Shown here piece by piece: positions 38,151-46,507 of a stretch of DNA of 64,000 bases. A program made the position numbers and the translations under genes. Position 1 is the stretch's first letter; each line of letters begins with the position of its first letter. The notes under the pieces were generated by a model. It saw only the letters and a list, made by a program, of their open reading frames with translations, was not told the DNA's origin and made no database searches. Source of the DNA: an uncultured bacterium (GTDB lineage Bacteria; Patescibacteriota; Minisyncoccia; Phycocordibacterales; UBA6065); NCBI GenBank assembly GCA_963841935.1, contig CAWJEP010000005.1:164003-228002 (forward strand), read 5' to 3'.

Positions 38151-38777
38151 TTATTTCGTCAATAAATCTTTCCCGACACGCGCGGCGAGGATGAGAAAAG
38201 CTGGGTCGGCGGAAATGGAATTGCTCGTGGAAACTTTGGAACCAAGGAGTTTTTTCGTCACGTCCTTTCCGGAAAGACGTTCGTCGACGGTTTCGGAAAC
38301 AACACGGTCAAACGACAAGATTTTGTGTTTATGGTGGAGTGACGACACTATATCATGTATTTCTCTCGGCAAAGCGACGGCGTCTTCTATTATGACAAAT
38401 GCTCCTTTCGGAACGCCGAAGTCTGAAGAAAGTTTTGATAGAAATTTTTCCGCGGTGAGATTTTTCGGCTTGGATTCTATCCAAGGCGATGAAAAAGAAA
38501 AATAAACGTTTTTGTTCGAATATGAGTCGAAAAAATCGTGGCGAAGTATCCGGCGGCGAATATGTTCGTCGAGACGATAAAGGGTTTCGCGCATAGCGCT
38601 TATCATCCGCCGTGCGCTTTGCTCGATTGCGCCATTTGGAAAAAAATATTCCCGACAGACATAAACGATGTGAGGCATGCCGCCTTTTGCCGACAAGAGA
38701 ACGGCGGCTCCGACCGAGTCGGCGCAAATATCGTAGACGACGGAAACTTCCCCGTTTTTGCGAGAAGCGGAAAACAT
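38151..38777 (-). CDS. Hypothetical protein (weak resemblance to the N-terminal half of actin-like PilM/FtsA ATPases)
   Basis: Only 'VSVVYDICADSVGAAVL' resembles the phosphate-1 loop of actin-fold proteins. Confidence 0.3.
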   Translation of the reverse strand: MFSASRKNGEVSVVYDICADSVGAAVLLSAKGGMPHIVYVCREYFFPNGAIEQSARRMISAMRETLYRLDEHIRRRILRHDFFDSYSNKNVYFSFSSPWIESKPKNLTAEKFLSKLSSDFGVPKGAFVIIEDAVALPREIHDIVSSLHHKHKILSFDRVVSETVDERLSGKDVTKKLLGSKVSTSNSISADPAFLILAARVGKDLLTK

Positions 38778-38786
38778 ATGTCTATA

Positions 38787-40481
38787 TTATAGCAAAACCG
38801 CTTTGATACGGCGCACGCCGGCGCTGACGGCTTCTTCTTTTTGGATTTTAAAAACTCCGAGTTCCGAAGTGTTTTTGACGTGAGGACCGCCGCAGAATTC
38901 TTTCGAATACGCATGGTCGAGAGAATCTCCAACGTAATAAATACTGACGTCGTCGCCGTATTTGTCGCCGAAAGCGTGGTAAGCGCCAGTCTTCTTCGCT
39001 TCCGTTTTTTTCATTACGACTTTACCGACCGGCAGAGCGGCTTTTATTTTTTCGTTGACGATATCTTCAACTTTTTTCTTTTCCTCGTCCGTCATCTTGC
39101 GCGGAAATGTGAAATCGAAACGCAAACGCTCCGGCGTGATATTACTTCCTTTCTGGGTAATTTCCGTTTTCAAAACATCGTGAAGCGCTTGGTGCAAAAG
39201 ATGCGTGGCCGTGTGATAACGCACGGATATTTCCGACGTGTCGCCGAGACCGCCTTTAAACATTCCCTCGGAGGACGTGCGCGAAAGTTCCTGATGGTTT
39301 TTCATTTTCTTATTGAAATCGTCCATATCGACGACGCCCAACTCCTTCGTGAGTTCTACGGGAAAACCGTATGTCGTCCAGAGAACAAAAGCGTCCGTGC
39401 CTTTTTCGAGTTCCCTTTTTCCTTCCGCGAGCGTCACCGAGAATTTTCCTTCTTCTTCTTTGAATACGGCGGGGATTTTCTCTTCTTTCAGATTCGGATA
39501 GATTTTTGAATATTCGTTCGCGTACCATTTTATGATTTGAGACCCCAAATTTTCATGTCCGGAAGTATTCATGCTCATTCTAAAAATCGCCCGACGCAGA
39601 AGTCGGCGCAAGACGTATCCCTGGTCTTTGTTGCTAGGCAAAACTCCGTCGGCAATGAGAAACGTCGCCGTGCGCATATGGTCGGCGACGATTCTGGCGC
39701 TCTCATCGCTCCAATTTTTACCATTCTTTTTTATTAAATCGATGACGGACGCGAAGAGGTCCGTCTCAAAAACATTTTTTTTGTTTTGCACGGTGGCGAG
39801 CAGGCGTTCAAAACCCATACCGGTGTCGATGCCGAGGGTCGGAAGTTTTTCAAACCTCGCTTCGCCGTTATCGAGCATTTCTCGCGAGCCATCGCAAAAA
39901 TATTCGTTGAAAACAATATTCCAAATTTCCACATCTTTGCCGTCGGCATTCTTGCAGTATATTTCCGTCGTCGGACCGCACGGACCGCTTTCCCCCGTCG
40001 GCCCCCAGAAGACGTCGCTTCCCTCTTCGCGAATATCTTTGACGCTCAATTTCTCCCAAATCATTTTCGATTCGTCGTCGCGCGGAACGTTGGCGTTGCC
40101 TCTGAAAAAAGTCACATAAGAAATCGGCAAAGCGAGTTCCTTCATAATAAATTCGTGAGCGTATTTTATCGCCTCTTCCCTGCCGTATCCGCCGAAAGAA
40201 AAATTGCCGAGCATTTCGAAAAAAGTCAGGTGCGTGGCGTCACCGACTTCGTCGATGTCGGATGTGCGCACGCATTTCTGCACCGTGGTCGTGTTTTTCG
40301 AACCGAAATCTTTCAGGGCGTTTCTGTCGCCCGTATAATATGTTTTAAACTGCTGCATTCCCGCCGTGGTAAAAAGCACCGACGGGTCGCTTTCCGGCAA
40401 GAGTGAAGACGACGGAATGATAACGTGTCCGCGTTTTTTGAAAAATTCGAGAAATTTATTACGCAGTTCCGTTGAAGTCAT
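38787..40481 (-). CDS. alaS: Alanyl-tRNA synthetase, short form (catalytic + editing domains, no C-Ala domain)
   Basis: 'FTTAGMQQFK' class II motif and editing-site 'HTATHLLH'/'CGGPHV' motifs. Only 564 aa. Confidence 0.85.
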   Translation of the reverse strand: MTSTELRNKFLEFFKKRGHVIIPSSSLLPESDPSVLFTTAGMQQFKTYYTGDRNALKDFGSKNTTTVQKCVRTSDIDEVGDATHLTFFEMLGNFSFGGYGREEAIKYAHEFIMKELALPISYVTFFRGNANVPRDDESKMIWEKLSVKDIREEGSDVFWGPTGESGPCGPTTEIYCKNADGKDVEIWNIVFNEYFCDGSREMLDNGEARFEKLPTLGIDTGMGFERLLATVQNKKNVFETDLFASVIDLIKKNGKNWSDESARIVADHMRTATFLIADGVLPSNKDQGYVLRRLLRRAIFRMSMNTSGHENLGSQIIKWYANEYSKIYPNLKEEKIPAVFKEEEGKFSVTLAEGKRELEKGTDAFVLWTTYGFPVELTKELGVVDMDDFNKKMKNHQELSRTSSEGMFKGGLGDTSEISVRYHTATHLLHQALHDVLKTEITQKGSNITPERLRFDFTFPRKMTDEEKKKVEDIVNEKIKAALPVGKVVMKKTEAKKTGAYHAFGDKYGDDVSIYYVGDSLDHAYSKEFCGGPHVKNTSELGVFKIQKEEAVSAGVRRIKAVLL

Positions 40482-40510
40482 ATTGAAAATCTAACACAGA
40501 ACGAGAAGAT

Positions 40511-41104
40511 TTATAAGTATTTCTTTATGGCTTTAAAATCCTCTTTCATCACGTCGCGAAGCGAACCGTTGTATAAAGCGGCGGCCGGATGATATAGGGC
40601 AATGACCGTGACGGCGCCATACGGCGCTTTGCCCGTGTAGGCGTTGCCGTGGATTTTTGAAACTGAAGCCAAGGCGGTCGACAGTCCGTATTTTTCGAAA
40701 ACATATTTCATCGAATGACGTCCGAGAGTGGCTATGACTTTCGGCTGAATGATTTCTATCTGTCTATCGAGAAATGGGCCATAGAGGGCAATCTCCGGCG
40801 GTTCGGGGTCGCGATTTTCCGGCGGACGGTCTTTGACCAGATTCGTGACATAGACACTTCTTCTGTCGATGCCGATAGACGCTAGAAGTTCATCGAGAAA
40901 CTTGCCGGATGCCCCGCAGAAAGGCCGAGCCGTTTTGGCTTCGTTTAATCCCGGCGCTTCGCCAACGAATATTATTTTCGCGTCATGACTGCCCTCGCCT
41001 ATTACCGGAAAATATTTATTTTCCACGCGGTAAGCGTAAAGCGGAGACTCCTTCAAAACTATCACCTCGTCGCGGATTTTTTTCAGTTCTTCGGTTTTGT
41101 TCAT
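40511..41104 (-). CDS. Uracil-DNA glycosylase, family 4
   Basis: 'GEAPGLNEAKTARPFCGASGKFL' is a family-4 UDG motif. Confidence 0.8.
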   Translation of the reverse strand: MNKTEELKKIRDEVIVLKESPLYAYRVENKYFPVIGEGSHDAKIIFVGEAPGLNEAKTARPFCGASGKFLDELLASIGIDRRSVYVTNLVKDRPPENRDPEPPEIALYGPFLDRQIEIIQPKVIATLGRHSMKYVFEKYGLSTALASVSKIHGNAYTGKAPYGAVTVIALYHPAAALYNGSLRDVMKEDFKAIKKYL

Positions 41105-41364
41105 ACGGCTTTTTCCTTTTTTAGAATCTCCGCTTTACTTTTTCCACGCAAACCGTTGTAACCGCCGACTTTCCCGTCGCTTCTGATGACGCGATGGCAA
41201 GGAATATTTTTGTCGGAATTTTTGCTCAAAATCATGCCGACGGAGCGCGCCGCGCCGGACTTACCGGCGCGGCGCGCCACTTCTTTGTACGTCAAAACTT
41301 TTCCTTTTGGAATTAAAGCGACTATTGCCAAAACTTTCTTGGAAAAATCAGAATAACGTTTCAT
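41101..41364 (-). CDS. MGMT-family DNA-binding protein (methylated-DNA-protein-cysteine methyltransferase C-terminal domain only)
   Basis: 'IPCHRVI' active-site motif. The 87-aa protein lacks the N-terminal domain. Confidence 0.75.
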   Translation of the reverse strand: MKRYSDFSKKVLAIVALIPKGKVLTYKEVARRAGKSGAARSVGMILSKNSDKNIPCHRVIRSDGKVGGYNGLRGKSKAEILKKEKAV

Positions 41365-42190
41365 TTAAAGGTTTTTCCTCGCTATTTTTTTTCGGTTTGT
41401 TGAGCTTTGCAAGCCTTGAAACTTTTGTCGACGGCTTTGCCGGTGCGACTGCGTCGAGAACCATTTTTCTGTAAGCGCAAAACTCGCATTCACGCGACGG
41501 CTCAGGCAATTCTTTCGAATCCAAGCATTTTTTGATTTCAAAAATCGTTTTCTCCACCCACGCGTCGCTACCTTTGTGGGCGATGAGGGTAATGTCAAAT
41601 TCCAACTTGCCTTCGAAAGCTTCTTTGTCTTTTTTGCCGTTGACATAGACGAAATATCCCGTGTCGGAAACTTTGAAACCGTTGCGGCGCAAAAGCCATT
41701 GATAGATTTCCATTTGGCGCTTGTATTGCGCGTCCCAACCGGAATCCGCGAGCGATTCCACTGCGGTATCTTTTGAAGTGGCTTTGTAATCAACGACGAT
41801 AAACTCGCCGTCTTTGTTGACCCAAATATCGTCTATGGCGCCGGAAATAGTCAGCCCCGTCGGCTTATGGAAAAATTCTATGCCTTTGAAATTCTCCCGC
41901 CAGACATTTAAAAGTTCGTGCGATAGCGGCACGGCGTCGACGCCGTATTTTTTCATCAAAGGGTGTGCCGTACCTGCCGCGCGATGAATGTCGAATTCTT
42001 TTTTCAAAAGAGCGTCGACGGCTAGGTTTAATGTGAATGCCGGCGGACGCGGACGAGCGACGCCCAATTTGTTGTCCAAATAGAAACATCTCCGACATTC
42101 GGTAAAAAGGTCTACCTTGGAGCGCGACAAACGAAACTTCGAACCGCCGTAATTCCAGTCCTTGCTTCTGGCTTCTCCCCTGATTTTCAT
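41348..42190 (-). CDS. PD-(D/E)xK nuclease-superfamily protein, Cas4/RecB-like, with four Cys (CxxC ... CxxC)
   Basis: 'IVVDYKATSK...EIYQWLL' core with N-terminal 'CRRC' and C-terminal 'CEFC'. No CRISPR array is nearby. Confidence 0.55.
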   Translation of the reverse strand: MKIRGEARSKDWNYGGSKFRLSRSKVDLFTECRRCFYLDNKLGVARPRPPAFTLNLAVDALLKKEFDIHRAAGTAHPLMKKYGVDAVPLSHELLNVWRENFKGIEFFHKPTGLTISGAIDDIWVNKDGEFIVVDYKATSKDTAVESLADSGWDAQYKRQMEIYQWLLRRNGFKVSDTGYFVYVNGKKDKEAFEGKLEFDITLIAHKGSDAWVEKTIFEIKKCLDSKELPEPSRECEFCAYRKMVLDAVAPAKPSTKVSRLAKLNKPKKNSEEKPLNETLF

Positions 42191-43023
42191 GCGACGCCGC
42201 AAATTAATTCCGCGTCCTCACCAATGATTTTCGCCTCGTCTTCGGAAATGCCCAGAGAAACGAGTGAATCTTTTTTCGCCAATATGTCTTTACACAATAC
42301 CAAGCCGTTCGATATGAGAATGCGGCGATTGCTTTCTGAAAGATTCGGGATGGATGTCACCGGATGTAGGCCAGCGTCTTCAATCATATGCTCGAGGTTG
42401 CCCTGCGCAGGATAGTTCCAGCCGACGAGGCGCAGTCCCTCGCAAGCGGCGTAGGCGATGGCTTTGTCGGTAAATTTAGTGTTGGTCACGAGAATACCTT
42501 GCGTCAATTTTCTGATTTTTCCGCCGAAATCAAATTGCGAGAGCGATAAGTCGTCGGTGCGGGCTTTGACGTAAAGCGCCACCTTCAAATCTGATTTTAT
42601 TCCTATTTCGTTGTGGAATTTCGCCTCAACCATAATGAGCTCTTCGCCTTTCCAAGCGACGACGTCGACTTCATGCTCGACGCATTTGCCGCGAACGATT
42701 TGATCTGTCACCGCTTCGTAGCCACGAGCGCGGAAAAGGTCGGCGACGAATTTTTCAAAAGGATAACCCGCCGGACCTAAATCCAGGATGGCCCGGCGCA
42801 AAGAATATTTATGCGCCGCCGGACGGGAATCCCTAGACAGAAGGTCAAAGGCATGAGTGTAGATTTCCGAAGTGGTCATGCCTTCTTTGAGTTCGCTCTC
42901 CACGTGGTCGGCGATTTTTTTTGTCATTTCTCTGTCGGCGCCGGTGCGAATCAAGGAGGATTCCAGTTTTTTGCGATTAAAAGTTTCTTTGGTGCCGTCG
43001 GCTTTGACGATTTCTATACTCAT
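42187..43023 (-). CDS. ATP-cone domain fused to Mrr-like restriction-endonuclease domain
   Basis: The N-terminal 'IEIVKADGTKETFNRKKLESSLIRTGAD' has ATP-cone character. 'VDVVAWKGEELIMVEAKF' is the (D/E)xK core of the Mrr/NucS-like fold. Confidence 0.55.
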   Translation of the reverse strand: MSIEIVKADGTKETFNRKKLESSLIRTGADREMTKKIADHVESELKEGMTTSEIYTHAFDLLSRDSRPAAHKYSLRRAILDLGPAGYPFEKFVADLFRARGYEAVTDQIVRGKCVEHEVDVVAWKGEELIMVEAKFHNEIGIKSDLKVALYVKARTDDLSLSQFDFGGKIRKLTQGILVTNTKFTDKAIAYAACEGLRLVGWNYPAQGNLEHMIEDAGLHPVTSIPNLSESNRRILISNGLVLCKDILAKKDSLVSLGISEDEAKIIGEDAELICGVA

Positions 43024-43045
43024 ACCGAAAGTATATCAAATTATT

Positions 43046-44083
43046 TCATTCGATAATTCCCCCGCCTAGACATTCGTCTCCATCGTATAAGACGAGCGAT
43101 TGGCCGGAAGCGACAACGACGGGCCCATCGAACATGATTTTGTTTGAATCAAAAGTGGCGGGCGCGCGGACGCCCCGATGGCGGACGCGCGCCGTATATC
43201 CCTTGCCCGCTTGTGGCTTATCGGCAATCCAATTTACATCGGAAATCTCTACTTCCCTGCGAGCAGCGGAATTTTCTTTTTTGTGTCCGACAGTAATCGT
43301 GTTTTTTTTCATATCTTTGGCGATGACGAAATATGGCTCGTCATGGGGAGTTTTTTCCGTGACCGTAAATCCGTGCCTCTCTCCTATCGTAAAGAAAAGA
43401 GCGCCAGGATGATTTCCTATGACTCTCTTTTTGTCATCAATCACCTTCCCTTCTCTTTGCGGCGCGTACTGCGCCAAAAAATCTTTTACTTCGACCGGAC
43501 CGACGAAACAGAGTCCCTGACTGTCTTTCCTTTCGGCGTTGGGTAACTTAAATTTTTTCGCCAAACGCCTGACTTCAGATTTTTCCAAATCGCCAACGGG
43601 AAAAAGCGTTTTCGATAACTGTTTTTGCTTGAGTGTCCAAAGAAAATAACTCTGGTCTTTGTTTTCGTCTTTGCCCGCGAGCATTTTGAAAACACCGTTT
43701 TCTTTTTTTGTCCGCGCGTAATGCCCCGTGGCGACAAAGTCCGCGCCTTCTTTTACCGCCCAATCGAAAAATATTCCGAATTTTATGTGTTTGTTGCAAA
43801 AAACGTCCGGGTTCGGCGTACGACCGATTTTGTATTCGCGAATCATGTAATCCACGACTTCTTTTTTATATTCATTCGTCAAATCGATTTCTTTATACGT
43901 AATTTCCAGATGCGCCGCTACCCTCATGGCATCGAGTCTGTCTTCGCGCGACGTGCAGAAAAGCCACTCCGGACTCCAGATTTTTATGAAAACCCCAACG
44001 ACATCGTATCCGCCATTCTTGAGTAGGGCGGCGGAAACGGCGCTGTCAACGCCGCCGGAAAGGCCAACAAAAACTTTTTTCAT
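43046..44083 (-). CDS. mnmA: tRNA-specific 2-thiouridylase
   Basis: PP-loop 'VGLSGGVDSAVSAALL' and a C-terminal MnmA domain. Confidence 0.88.
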   Translation of the reverse strand: MKKVFVGLSGGVDSAVSAALLKNGGYDVVGVFIKIWSPEWLFCTSREDRLDAMRVAAHLEITYKEIDLTNEYKKEVVDYMIREYKIGRTPNPDVFCNKHIKFGIFFDWAVKEGADFVATGHYARTKKENGVFKMLAGKDENKDQSYFLWTLKQKQLSKTLFPVGDLEKSEVRRLAKKFKLPNAERKDSQGLCFVGPVEVKDFLAQYAPQREGKVIDDKKRVIGNHPGALFFTIGERHGFTVTEKTPHDEPYFVIAKDMKKNTITVGHKKENSAARREVEISDVNWIADKPQAGKGYTARVRHRGVRAPATFDSNKIMFDGPVVVASGQSLVLYDGDECLGGGIIE

Positions 44084-44105
44084 AGGACGATAATAAACAA
44101 GAAAG

Positions 44106-45365
44106 TTAAATGGGCAAATTCGCCGGAGCGTCGGCGCGCTTTGAAGGAATGCGCTCCAATGTCGGCGTGGCGGCGACGGAGCCGGGGAAATGATAGACGG
44201 TCGCCAGTTCTTCGGTGTTGAGAACGAGCGCCTTGCTCAAATATGGCGGCATGAAATAAATCCTGCGCCGGTACGCTTTGAGGACTTTTTTAGACAAATA
44301 ATCTCGACGGATATTTTTGTAATCTTGCCACGGAAAACCGAACTGCGCGTGCCATTTGTCTCCGTTCGGCCGAAAACCATTCAGATTTTCCGTGTTGAAA
44401 TGCTTGAAGAAAGAAATGATTCCGCCTATGCCGAACGGCGTGTCGAAAGTGTCTTTGGCCGCGATGTAAACCGCGCGGATACCGACGTCAAAAGCCGGCT
44501 TGGTAATGCTGCGGCTCAAAGCGTCCAACAGGTCCTTGTCCGCCGGAGACATGGTCGGCATTTTCGAAAAACCGGATTCTTCGTCCAAAATTCCGGAAAC
44601 TTTAGTTACCGGATTGCGTTTCATTATCTCGTTCATGAGCTTTTCCGCGCCGTCTTTCCATAAATCGGTTTTCTTAAACATGTGTCCGGGGGCTTTCTGG
44701 TCTTTTTTGTGGGCGCGAACTATAAGCTGAATCCAAACTTGCTGGTCCGCCCTGACGCTTCCGAGCCACTCGAGTCCAGGCGTAAGTGGATCCACTTTGA
44801 ACTCTTCTTTGGGGTCTTTGTCGAGGCCGTAATCGACGTAAGTCCTTATCGGGTAGGCGTCGTCTTTGGTGAAACTCATCTCGCAACTCCAGATTTTTAC
44901 TTTTTCCGGGTCGAAATGAACGGAGCGCGCGTAATCGTCGACTTCCTGGACGGAAATATTCGGGAATTGAGAATATAGCGCGCTGATGAGACCGGCCTTG
45001 CGCCTGTCTTCGGTCCAAATCATAAATTTCACGACGCCGCCGAAAGAAACCATTTCCAAGGAATACCAAGGGCGCATTTCGCCGTTGATGTATTGCGCGT
45101 ACCAATTGCCGTCGGCGGTGTTGTGAATGGCGTTTAACACAAGTTCCATGGCAAGCGGCGATTTTAACGTCTCTTGAGGAAGTTTAATTTCCAAAACCGT
45201 CTTGGGAACTTCAATCATCCACTTGAGCCGGATGTATCTCACCCACAAATCCCAGGCCAAGGTCATGGAAATCAAAGGCACCCAGATAGGCGCGAGAAAC
45301 GAAAGCCACGCGGACGACTGCGGTAAAACGGAGGTGGAAACAAAGTTTTGAACAGCGGCTAGCAC
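44106..45365 (-). CDS. Hypothetical membrane-associated protein
   Basis: N-terminal TM segment. 419 aa. No family recognised. Confidence 0.45.
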   Translation of the reverse strand: MLAAVQNFVSTSVLPQSSAWLSFLAPIWVPLISMTLAWDLWVRYIRLKWMIEVPKTVLEIKLPQETLKSPLAMELVLNAIHNTADGNWYAQYINGEMRPWYSLEMVSFGGVVKFMIWTEDRRKAGLISALYSQFPNISVQEVDDYARSVHFDPEKVKIWSCEMSFTKDDAYPIRTYVDYGLDKDPKEEFKVDPLTPGLEWLGSVRADQQVWIQLIVRAHKKDQKAPGHMFKKTDLWKDGAEKLMNEIMKRNPVTKVSGILDEESGFSKMPTMSPADKDLLDALSRSITKPAFDVGIRAVYIAAKDTFDTPFGIGGIISFFKHFNTENLNGFRPNGDKWHAQFGFPWQDYKNIRRDYLSKKVLKAYRRRIYFMPPYLSKALVLNTEELATVYHFPGSVAATPTLERIPSKRADAPANLPI

Positions 45366-45372
45366 CTAAAAA

Positions 45373-46404
45373 TTATACCACATGGTATTTTCCGTCTTTG
45401 TCTTTCTTGAAATATTTAGGATTCTGGAGATTGACCGTGATGGTGTTCTCTTTGACGTAGCGCTCTTTGAGAACTTTGTCGATAACTTCTTTTTTGGTAA
45501 GCGGACCGTTTTTTTCTATGACCGATTTCACGACGTCTTTGACCACGCCCGGAACGTATCCCCATTCGGAGAGAGCGTAGAGACCGCGACCGACGAGGAC
45601 AAAACGTTTGTCTTTGATGAGCTCGTTGTGAGTCGTCGCCACGTGAGCTTTCTTGTTGAAAAGCTTTTCAATTTGCTTGGCCACTTCGCTAAAATGAATC
45701 GGAGAGCCGTGCTTGCGAACCACGAGAAAAGCGTAATCCTTGATGCCTCGGGCCTTAATATTCGGAGATTTTGCTATGCCCCATTCGCCGAGAGGATTCT
45801 TGCCTACTTGTTTGGAAAGTCCGAGCCAACGTTTGAGAATTTCCTGGTCTTTATAATTTTCGTTGAGACCTTCGAGGTGTTTGAGGAACGATTCGATGAA
45901 TTCCGATTCCGGAATAATGTCTTCGTCTTTGAGACTCTTATAAATCTTGCGTAGAGCTTCTTCGATTCTCTTGGCGTGAGTGTCGTCTAGATGCCAACGA
46001 TGGGTGAATTCATCGTCCTCTTTCTGACGCTTGAAAGCCCGACCGAGAATGAGAAGGAAATAAATATGATTTTGGACGCTTTCGTCTTTTGAAACGCTGT
46101 CGAGCAAGTCTTCCTCGGCGATGATGCCGCCGAGAGCTTCCAAATGCTTTTCGAGTTCGGCAAATGCCGCCGAAGCGTCGGTGTATTCCTTGGATTTTTG
46201 AATGTTGGCGATAGCGTAGTTTTCGATTTGGCGAACGCGTTCACGAGTGATGCCGTAGCCCTTGCCGATGGCATCCAGTGTCATTTTTTCCGCGGAGGCG
46301 CCCAAGCCGTAACGCTTGGTGATGACGTCTTTGGCGCGGACAGGCAGGGCCTTGAGAAGGTTCTTGACCACTTGTTTCGGTTTGAATGAGAGAGTCGTTG
46401 TCAT
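45373..46404 (-). CDS. Sigma-70 region-4-like HTH domain protein with a long C-terminal extension
   Basis: 'ITKRYGLGASAEKMTLDAIGKGYGITRERVRQIENYAIANI' matches the sigma-70 region 4 HTH. Confidence 0.6.
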   Translation of the reverse strand: MTTTLSFKPKQVVKNLLKALPVRAKDVITKRYGLGASAEKMTLDAIGKGYGITRERVRQIENYAIANIQKSKEYTDASAAFAELEKHLEALGGIIAEEDLLDSVSKDESVQNHIYFLLILGRAFKRQKEDDEFTHRWHLDDTHAKRIEEALRKIYKSLKDEDIIPESEFIESFLKHLEGLNENYKDQEILKRWLGLSKQVGKNPLGEWGIAKSPNIKARGIKDYAFLVVRKHGSPIHFSEVAKQIEKLFNKKAHVATTHNELIKDKRFVLVGRGLYALSEWGYVPGVVKDVVKSVIEKNGPLTKKEVIDKVLKERYVKENTITVNLQNPKYFKKDKDGKYHVV

Positions 46405-46507
46405 ATAAATACTGGATAATTTCTAATAAATAACGCTAATCGCCAAATACTTGATACAAAGTCAATCTTATGCGCTATTGGTTTTTTGTCAAGATAATGT
46501 CAAGAGT

